64,000 nt of DNA from Ignavibacteriota bacterium (lineage in GTDB: Bacteria; Bacteroidota; Ignavibacteria; UBA10030). The stretch is taken from positions 1,419,041 through 1,483,040 of the forward strand of contig CAVYML010000009.1 of NCBI GenBank assembly GCA_963769605.1. The letters are read 5' to 3'. Made by a program: the position numbers and the translations under genes. Below, in pieces: positions 57,121 to 64,000 of this stretch. The notes under the pieces are model-generated. The model worked only from the letters and a program-made list of their open reading frames with translations. It did not search any database and was not told the origin of the DNA. Numbering within the stretch: position 1 is the stretch's first letter; every line of letters begins with the position of its first letter.

Positions 57121-58575
57121 ATGGAACAAAAAGCTGATATCGGTTTAGTCGGCCTGGCAGTAATGGGCGAAAACCTTGTAATTAATATGGAGAGCCGCGG
57201 ATTTACCGTTGCGGTGTACAACCGTACGGTCGAAAAGGTCGATGCCTTTACCGGCGGCCGGGGCCGCGGGAAGAAAATAATCGGAACGCATTCTCTGCAT
57301 GAACTTGCCGGCGCTTTGAAAGGGCCGCGCAAGATTATGCTCATGGTAAAAGCAGGCAAAGCGGTGGATGATTTCATCGAGCAATTGATCCCGTTGCTTT
57401 CACCCGGCGACATTATCATCGACGGAGGTAATTCGCATTTTCCGGATACTATACGAAGAACAAAGTACGTGGAATCTAAAGGACTTCTCTACATCGGCAC
57501 CGGTGTATCGGGCGGTGAAGAAGGCGCACTCAAAGGCCCGTCAATCATGCCCGGCGGTTCGCCTGCCGCATGGCCGCATATAAAACCGATTTTCCAGGCA
57601 ATTGCTGCAAAGGTAGAAGACGGAACTCCATGCTGCGATTGGGTCGGGGAAAACGGAGCGGGTCATTTCGTGAAAATGGTACATAACGGCATAGAGTACG
57701 GCGATATGCAGCTTATCTGTGAAGCATATCAAATTATGAAAGAATTGCTCGGCATGTCCGCTTCCGCCATTCATAAAGTGTTCAAACGCTGGAATGAGGG
57801 CGAATTGAACAGTTATCTGATCGAAATAACGCGCGACATCCTTGCATACAAAGACACAGACGGTAAACCGCTCGTAGATAAAATTCTTGACACTGCAGGA
57901 CAAAAAGGGACTGGAAAATGGACGAGCGTTTCCTCTCTCGATCTCGGTATTCCGCTCACGCTGATCAGCGAAGCTGTTTATGCACGATGTCTTTCCGCAA
58001 TGAAAGACGAACGCATGGCTGCGTCAAAAATTTTAAGCGGGCCGGAGAAAAAAAATATAAAGAACAAAGAAGCGTTCCTGCGTGATCTGGAAAAGGCGCT
58101 GTACGCTTCCAAAATTATATCATACACGCAGGGCTATGTGCTTATGCGAGCGGCTGCCGAAGAGTATAAATGGAACCTCAACTACGGCGGCATAGCGCTG
58201 CTCTGGCGCGGCGGCTGCATCATTCGTTCGGTCTTCCTCGGAAGAATCAAGGAAGCATTCGACCGGAATCCGCAGCTTTCCAATCTGCTGCTGGATCCTT
58301 TTTTCAAAGAGACTATTGAAAAGTCGCAGAAGTCATGGCGTCGTGTGGTGTCGACGGCTGCCTTGAATGGAATTTGGATGCCGTCATGCTCGACAGCGTT
58401 GAGCTACTACGATGGATTTCGCAGCGCACGGCTGCCTGCGAATTTACTGCAGGCCCAGCGCGACTTCTTCGGTGCTCATCAATATGAGCGTGTCGACAAA
58501 CCGCGCGGTGAATTCTTCCACACGAACTGGACGGGGCACGGAGGAGAAACGGCTTCTTCGTCGTACATCGTTTAA
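57121..58575 (+). CDS. gnd: 6-phosphogluconate dehydrogenase, decarboxylating
   Basis: The N-terminal NADP-binding motif is IGLVGLAVMGENLVINMESRGFTVAVYNRT. Also present are GDIIIDGGNS and HNGIEYGDMQLI. 484 aa from the internal Met. Confidence 0.9.
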   Translation: MEQKADIGLVGLAVMGENLVINMESRGFTVAVYNRTVEKVDAFTGGRGRGKKIIGTHSLHELAGALKGPRKIMLMVKAGKAVDDFIEQLIPLLSPGDIIIDGGNSHFPDTIRRTKYVESKGLLYIGTGVSGGEEGALKGPSIMPGGSPAAWPHIKPIFQAIAAKVEDGTPCCDWVGENGAGHFVKMVHNGIEYGDMQLICEAYQIMKELLGMSASAIHKVFKRWNEGELNSYLIEITRDILAYKDTDGKPLVDKILDTAGQKGTGKWTSVSSLDLGIPLTLISEAVYARCLSAMKDERMAASKILSGPEKKNIKNKEAFLRDLEKALYASKIISYTQGYVLMRAAAEEYKWNLNYGGIALLWRGGCIIRSVFLGRIKEAFDRNPQLSNLLLDPFFKETIEKSQKSWRRVVSTAALNGIWMPSCSTALSYYDGFRSARLPANLLQAQRDFFGAHQYERVDKPRGEFFHTNWTGHGGETASSSYIV

Positions 58576-58680
58576 TAAGACAAAAAAACAAAATCAATGG
58601 TTGGAGTTCCTGTTTTGAAGTATTGGAAGCATGTTTTTCGGCAAGAAGATGCGGAAAAAAGGCGTAGAGATACGTGAAGG

Positions 58681-60090
58681 ATGACGCCGATGAACCGGAG
58701 AAGACCAACCTGTTTTATTTTTGTATTCGCTTATGCTACTCTCTCGTTTTATGCGCATGCGCAAATAGATACAAATGCGGGATGGCAAGCGATGCCTTCC
58801 CTGTTTCAGCGGATTGTGCCGCCGTCATTCCCCGATAAGGATTTCGATATTACAAACTTCGGAGCGAAGGGAGACAGCATAACAGATTGCACGGCTGCAT
58901 TTGAGAAGGCGATTACAGAGTGTAACGCATCCGGCGGCGGCCGGGTGATCGTTCCAACAGGCATATTTCTGACGGGCGCACTGCATTTGAAAAGTCACGT
59001 GCATCTGTACGTGTCCCGAGGCGCGGTCATCCGGTTCAGTATCGATCCGAAGAAATATATTCCCCTTGTGTATACGCGGTGGGAGGGTACCGAGTGCATG
59101 AATTATTCTCCTCTTATATATGCTTTTGAGCAGGAAGACATTGCTGTGACAGGCGAAGGTATTCTTGAAGGTCAGGGGTCGAACGAGCATTGGTGGAGCT
59201 GGAAAGGAAAGAGAGAAACTGGATGGCGTGCCGGCATGCCGAATCAATTGGCTGCTCGCACAGAGCTCCTTGAGATGGCAGAGAAGAACGTTCCCGTTGC
59301 GAAACGTATTTTTGGGGAAGGAGCATACCTGCGTCCGAATTTCTTCGAACCGTATCGATGTAAGAATGTGCTGTTGCAAGGTGTGACATTGAGAAACTCA
59401 CCGATGTGGTTTATAAATCCCGTTCTCTGCAAGAATGTGTCCATCATTGGTGTGACAACCGACGGACTCGGTCCAAACAACGATGGCTGTGACCCGGAAT
59501 CCTGTGCCGATGTCTTAATAGAAAATTGCGTCTTCAATAACGGCGACGATTGCATTGCGGTGAAATCAGGAAGAAATGCAGATGGCCGGCGTATTAATGT
59601 CCCGTGTGAGAATATTGTTATACGCGGGTGTACTATGAAGAATGGACATGGCGGTGTCGTGATCGGCAGTGAAGTCTCCGGCGGAATAAGAAATGTGTTT
59701 GCCGAAAATAATGTTATGGATAGTCCGGAATTCGATCGAGTATTGAGAATCAAGACAAATGCCACGCGCGGAGGCGTGATTGAAAATGTGTTTCTCCGGA
59801 ACATCAGGGCCGGGCAGGTGACCGATGCGATCGTGAAGGTCGATTTCTTCTATGAAGAAGGCGACAGCGGCGGTTTTGTGCCGATTGTGCGGAATATTGA
59901 TGTGCGAAATATCAGCAGTAAGAAGAGCAGGTTTGGGATCTGGATTCGTGCGTTTGTTCGCTCTCCAGCAGAGAATATTCATATCGAAGATTGCATTTTT
60001 GAAAATGTTGCGGAAGCAAACGTCATCGAGAATGTGAAGAATATGACCCTCATAAACGTGCAAACGAAGCAGAATGAAAAAATGAAGTGA
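58681..60090 (+). CDS. Glycoside hydrolase family 28 (polygalacturonase/exo-poly-alpha-galacturonosidase)
   Basis: Signal peptide. The GH28 motifs are NDGCDP, GDDCIAVKSG, GHGGVVIGSE and RIKT. 469 aa. Confidence 0.88.
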   Translation: MTPMNRRRPTCFIFVFAYATLSFYAHAQIDTNAGWQAMPSLFQRIVPPSFPDKDFDITNFGAKGDSITDCTAAFEKAITECNASGGGRVIVPTGIFLTGALHLKSHVHLYVSRGAVIRFSIDPKKYIPLVYTRWEGTECMNYSPLIYAFEQEDIAVTGEGILEGQGSNEHWWSWKGKRETGWRAGMPNQLAARTELLEMAEKNVPVAKRIFGEGAYLRPNFFEPYRCKNVLLQGVTLRNSPMWFINPVLCKNVSIIGVTTDGLGPNNDGCDPESCADVLIENCVFNNGDDCIAVKSGRNADGRRINVPCENIVIRGCTMKNGHGGVVIGSEVSGGIRNVFAENNVMDSPEFDRVLRIKTNATRGGVIENVFLRNIRAGQVTDAIVKVDFFYEEGDSGGFVPIVRNIDVRNISSKKSRFGIWIRAFVRSPAENIHIEDCIFENVAEANVIENVKNMTLINVQTKQNEKMK

Positions 60091-62102
60091 GAGAAATGCC
60101 GGTTCGCAAAAAAGAAACGGATACGCAGATGCTGAAGAAACTTTTGGTATGTAGCATGTTCTTTTGTTTGTCGGCAAGTGTTGGAGCCGCTGCTGCACGG
60201 ACGATAGCAAAACAGGATGAACGCTGGTCGGAACGAATTGCAAAAAGCTTTCTTTCGATGCATCCGGATTCTATTTCTTATCCTGCAGAGTTGAAGTCCC
60301 GCAAATGGAATTACGAACAGGGAGTGATGATGGAAGCCTTCTTCCATCTATGGCAGGAGACGGAGGACAGCGAGTACGTACGTTACATCAAAAAAAATCT
60401 CGATTACTATATAGACTCTGCCGGCACGATCCGCACCTACCGCTTCGACGAATATCAACTGGATAACATAACGCCGGGAAAAGCTCTGCTGAGGATGTAC
60501 GATCTTACGGGCGAGAAAAAATACATCTCAGCCGCCGCAACGCTTCGCCGGCAGCTCGCAGAACAGCCCCGCACGAGTGAAGGCGGTTTCTGGCACAAGA
60601 AGATATACCCGCATCAAATGTGGCTTGACGGAATGTATATGGCGGAACCGTTCTACGGTCTCTATTCCCGGATGACGGGCGACTCAGCAGCCTTTGACGA
60701 TATAGTGAAGCAATTTACCCTGTGCGCCGGTTATTGCTTCGATCCCAAAAGCGGTCTTTATTTTCATGGGTGGGATGAAAGCAAGCAGCAGCGATGGGCG
60801 AATCCCGAAACGGGCTGCTCGCCGAGTCTGTGGGGACGTTCCATCGGGTGGTACACGATGGGACTTGTGGACGCGCTGGAGTATATTCCCCCGCAGCATT
60901 CGCAACAGCAGGCTCTTCTGAAAATTCTCAATGATGTATGCACTCATCTGCTTCCGATGCGTGATGAGAAAACAAAACTGTGGTATCTTATTGTGGACAA
61001 ACCGAATGCAAAAGGAAACTATATTGAATCGTCCGCATCGGCGATGTTCGCGTATGTCTTTGCAAAAGGAGCACGTCTCGGTTATTTGCCGGCCGAGTTT
61101 CGGCAGCGGGCGGAAGAAACATTTAACGGGCTCTTGAATTATGCAGTGACGGTCGATTCATCGGGCATTGTTCATCTCGAAGATGTGTGCAGTGTTGTCG
61201 GACTTGGCGGCAATCCGTATCGCGACGGGAGCCTGTCATATTATGCCTGCGAGCCGCAGCGCACGGATGATTTTAAAGGATACGGGCCTTTTTTAATGGC
61301 GGCAATTGAATTGGAGCGAGGAGATCACACGATCGATGTTCCATCTCTCAAACCGAAGAAAATAGTCGCTCTGGATTATTATTTCAACTGCGAATGGCGA
61401 CGCGTGGATATGTCGCTGGTGCAGTATCATTATGTGTGGGAAGACACGATGAATTCCGGATTCTCGCAACTCGGTGCAATCATCAAAAGTCTCGGAGCCG
61501 AAATCGCTGCAGTGCATGAATCTCCTACGAGCAGCCTGCTACGCAAGTATCAAGTCTACATGATCGTTGATCCCGATACTCCTGAAGAGACGGCACATCC
61601 CAACTATGTATCGGAATCCGCCATTCAATCTATTGTTCCATGGGTTAAAGCCGGCGGCGTGCTGGTGTTGATGGCAAATGATTCTGGGAATGCTGAATTT
61701 ACCCATTTTAACAAATTGGCCGAACGGTTCGGCGTGCATTTCAATGAAGATAGTTATCATCGTGTGAAGGGAAAAGCATATGACATGGGAAAGAGTGATA
61801 AACTTCCACTACATCCTGCGTTTAAAGATGTGAAGCAGATATTTCTAAAAGAAATATGTTCTCTTACTTTGCAGGAACCTGCAGAACCGATATTAGTAGA
61901 ACAGGGTCATGTATTTATGGCAAGCGCGCGCATCGGACACGGTCTCGTCTTTGCCGTTGGTGATCCTTGGTTCTATAACGAATATATGGAGATGCGAAAA
62001 CTTCCCGCTGCTTTTGAAAACAGTAAAGCTGCAAGGAATCTCTTCCATTGGCTCTTGGGACAAGCGCAAGATCCATGTAAATCGAATTCTGAGATAAAAT
62101 GA
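60087..62102 (+). CDS. Glycoside hydrolase family 105/88 (unsaturated rhamnogalacturonyl/glucuronyl hydrolase, YteR-like) fused to a C-terminal ~290-aa domain of unknown function
   Basis: The N-terminal half resembles YteR/YesR (alpha/alpha-6 barrel; WNYEQGVMMEAFFHLW...GGFWHKKIYPHQMWLDGMYMAEPFY...HGWDES). The C-terminal half (KIVALDYYFN...GGVLVLMANDSGN...GDPWFYNEY) has no assigned family. The start overlaps the upstream GH28 stop. Confidence 0.7.
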   Translation: MREMPVRKKETDTQMLKKLLVCSMFFCLSASVGAAAARTIAKQDERWSERIAKSFLSMHPDSISYPAELKSRKWNYEQGVMMEAFFHLWQETEDSEYVRYIKKNLDYYIDSAGTIRTYRFDEYQLDNITPGKALLRMYDLTGEKKYISAAATLRRQLAEQPRTSEGGFWHKKIYPHQMWLDGMYMAEPFYGLYSRMTGDSAAFDDIVKQFTLCAGYCFDPKSGLYFHGWDESKQQRWANPETGCSPSLWGRSIGWYTMGLVDALEYIPPQHSQQQALLKILNDVCTHLLPMRDEKTKLWYLIVDKPNAKGNYIESSASAMFAYVFAKGARLGYLPAEFRQRAEETFNGLLNYAVTVDSSGIVHLEDVCSVVGLGGNPYRDGSLSYYACEPQRTDDFKGYGPFLMAAIELERGDHTIDVPSLKPKKIVALDYYFNCEWRRVDMSLVQYHYVWEDTMNSGFSQLGAIIKSLGAEIAAVHESPTSSLLRKYQVYMIVDPDTPEETAHPNYVSESAIQSIVPWVKAGGVLVLMANDSGNAEFTHFNKLAERFGVHFNEDSYHRVKGKAYDMGKSDKLPLHPAFKDVKQIFLKEICSLTLQEPAEPILVEQGHVFMASARIGHGLVFAVGDPWFYNEYMEMRKLPAAFENSKAARNLFHWLLGQAQDPCKSNSEIK

Positions 62103-62181
62103 TGCCGATGCAGAAAGATGTTCTTGATCGACGATCCAATGGTGAATCCTGAAAAGAAATAAGAAAGGCTGAAACAGTTAG

Positions 62182-63858
62182 TTGAAACATTGGGAATATT
62201 TATTTATTGGTTTACTCAGTGCAGTGCCGGGTGTCCGGCCGGTTATTGCTCAAACAGCCATGGATTCGGTATCGAAGTTCGTCGAGCCGGGACATAAGAG
62301 AATTCAGATTCCTTCATTTCCGGACCGGAGCGTCGACATCATTGCTCACGGTGCTTTTGGTGACGGTCAAACGCTAAATACAAAAGCATTTGCGGACGCC
62401 ATTGAAGCATGTTCGCAAGCGGGCGGCGGGAGAGTTGTTGTTCCCGCAGGGATTTGGTTAACGGGACCAATCGTTTTGAAGAGTAAAATCAATCTGCATC
62501 TTGAAAATGGAGCCGTCATTCTCTTTAGCAAGAGACTGGCGGACTATCCGATTCTTCCACAACCAACACCGACTTCGAAGAATTATTCCTATCCACCTAT
62601 GATCTCCGGTTTTAATCTGATGAATGTCGCAATAACTGGAGATGGCATTGTCGATGGCAATGGAGATGTCTGGAGGCCGAGGAAAAAAGAAAAGTATTCA
62701 CCGCATGAATGGGAAGAGATTGTCTCTTCCGGAGGCGTGATGAATAGGGCCGGATCCGTATGGTGGCCCTCGAAGGAATCTTTGCACGGCGAGGAATACT
62801 TGATGGCGCTGAAGAAGAAAAAACTCCCAGTTACTGCGGGTAATGTGGAAGTCATGCGGGAATATCTACGTCCGAATTTGATTGAGCTGTTCGGATGCAA
62901 GAATGTTCTGTTCGATGGTCCATCGTTTCAAAATTCTCCGAAGTATGTCCTTTATCCGACGCAATGCGAGAATGTCACGATCCAGAATACAGCAGTACGT
63001 AATCCGTGGAATGCACAAAACGGCGATGGTATAGATATCAACGCATGCCACGATGTCCTCATCTCCCATTGCACGGTAGATGTGGGGGATGATGGTATTT
63101 GTTTGAAGTTAGGGAAGCCGGATCCGGAACGTGGATGGAGCGTTGCATGCGAGAACATCAGAATAGAAAACTGCACCGTTTTTCGGGCGCATGGCGGTTT
63201 CGTCATCGGGAGCAGCACGGATGGCGGTGCGCGAAATGTGGCAGTACAGAATTGCATTTTCAGCGGAACGGATGTCGGACTTCGATTGAAATCAGGCAGG
63301 AATCATACAGGAATTGTGGAGGATATCCACATTGATGGCATTCGCATGAAGGATATTCGAGGAGAAGCGATTGTGTTCGATCTCTACTATGAAAACATTC
63401 CGGCGGCGGGTGATCGCGTTGCGGATACATCGGCGAAAGTTCTCGAGCAGAAGGGGGAACTGCCGTTCTTCAGAAACTTCACAATTGAAAATATCACTTG
63501 TGTCGGTGCGCAGTACGCTATTCACATCAACGATTTACCGGAATGTTGTGTACGAAACATCGCATTCAATCATCTGATCATTGAAGCGGAACGAGGCCTC
63601 CAATGCACGAATAGCGAGGCAATGAGTTTTCGTGATTTGCATCTTGTTGTGCATAGCGGACCGGCCTTTGTGTTTCAGGATGCAAGCAATATTTCTCTCG
63701 ACGATGTTACTGCGTCAGGATATGGAAAAATATTCTTGCAGGTAAATGGGTCACGCTCAAAAGCTATCCATTTGAAGAACATCCATGCATCGAAAGAACA
63801 AAAACAAATTGTTTTGGGAACTGAATGTTCTTCGGATGTCGTGAACGAAGAACCCTAA
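62182..63858 (+). CDS. Glycoside hydrolase family 28 (polygalacturonase/rhamnogalacturonase), second copy
   Basis: GDGIDI, GDDGICLKLG, AHGGFVIGSS and RLKSG motifs. 558 aa. Confidence 0.85.
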   Translation: MKHWEYLFIGLLSAVPGVRPVIAQTAMDSVSKFVEPGHKRIQIPSFPDRSVDIIAHGAFGDGQTLNTKAFADAIEACSQAGGGRVVVPAGIWLTGPIVLKSKINLHLENGAVILFSKRLADYPILPQPTPTSKNYSYPPMISGFNLMNVAITGDGIVDGNGDVWRPRKKEKYSPHEWEEIVSSGGVMNRAGSVWWPSKESLHGEEYLMALKKKKLPVTAGNVEVMREYLRPNLIELFGCKNVLFDGPSFQNSPKYVLYPTQCENVTIQNTAVRNPWNAQNGDGIDINACHDVLISHCTVDVGDDGICLKLGKPDPERGWSVACENIRIENCTVFRAHGGFVIGSSTDGGARNVAVQNCIFSGTDVGLRLKSGRNHTGIVEDIHIDGIRMKDIRGEAIVFDLYYENIPAAGDRVADTSAKVLEQKGELPFFRNFTIENITCVGAQYAIHINDLPECCVRNIAFNHLIIEAERGLQCTNSEAMSFRDLHLVVHSGPAFVFQDASNISLDDVTASGYGKIFLQVNGSRSKAIHLKNIHASKEQKQIVLGTECSSDVVNEEP

Positions 63859-63904
63859 GAGGGATGGCGGCCGCGTTATTTATCGTGCAATCCAAAAGAA
63901 GACC

Positions 63905-64000
63905 ATGAATCAGATAAACAGACTTATTATAATCATTCTCTGTTTATGGTGGTCAAACGCACGGGCAGGGGAAAACGCAACGGTCATTGTCGCGCGAGAC
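63905..64000 (+). CDS. Hypothetical secreted protein (3' partial, runs off the window)
   Basis: ATG at 63905. It has a signal-peptide-like N-terminus MNQINRLIIIILCLWWSNARAGE. Truncated by the window end. Confidence 0.4.
   Translation, partial: MNQINRLIIIILCLWWSNARAGENATVIVARD

Overview
The window appears to come from a Bacteroidota/Ignavibacteriota-like (FCB group) chromosome. The 44880..47075 protein ends in a type IX secretion C-terminal sorting domain, and overall GC is roughly 45-50% by eye. Four blocks stand out. (1) A ~13.6 kb defence island (about 2.2-15.9 kb), bounded on both sides by copies of an ~80-bp hairpin element (CACCTTGGAAAGGTG core). It holds a class II Fic protein and a type I R-M operon split by cargo, in the order hsdR - TcmP - Gp37/Gp68 (DUF5131) - hsdS - GmrSD-like DUF262/DUF1524 - AlbA_2/divergent-AAA protein - hsdM. 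The hsdM 5' end is triplicated, which marks a cassette-insertion hotspot. (2) A very large secreted teneurin-like RHS/YD-repeat polymorphic toxin (2889 aa), 18174..26843 minus strand. Its domains are Ig-like repeats, a carboxypeptidase-regulatory-like domain, an NHL propeller, a YD shell, an Rhs core, and a hydrophobic Gly/Ala-rich C-terminal toxin. Small membrane-protein genes, candidate immunity genes, follow it in an AT-rich block. (3) Housekeeping genes lon and dnaX. dnaX has an internal A9 slippery run with a -1-frame stop just after it, as at the E. coli tau/gamma frameshift site. Next to them are an apparently frameshifted FadL/PorV-like outer-membrane gene, an ArnT-like glycosyltransferase and a putative Csu/SCPU-type chaperone-usher pilus cluster. 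(4) A pectin/hexuronate utilisation locus with a GntR regulator, a frameshifted TonB-dependent receptor, a T9SS-secreted beta-helix protein, kduD, an eda fusion, kduI, an ExuT-like transporter, an SDR, two PfkB kinases, a LarA-like epimerase, gnd, two GH28 enzymes and a GH105 fusion. An (AACT)~33 tetranucleotide microsatellite lies just upstream of it. I found no rRNA, tRNA or CRISPR array. All calls rest on motif recognition by eye and on ORF structure; no database searches were run.
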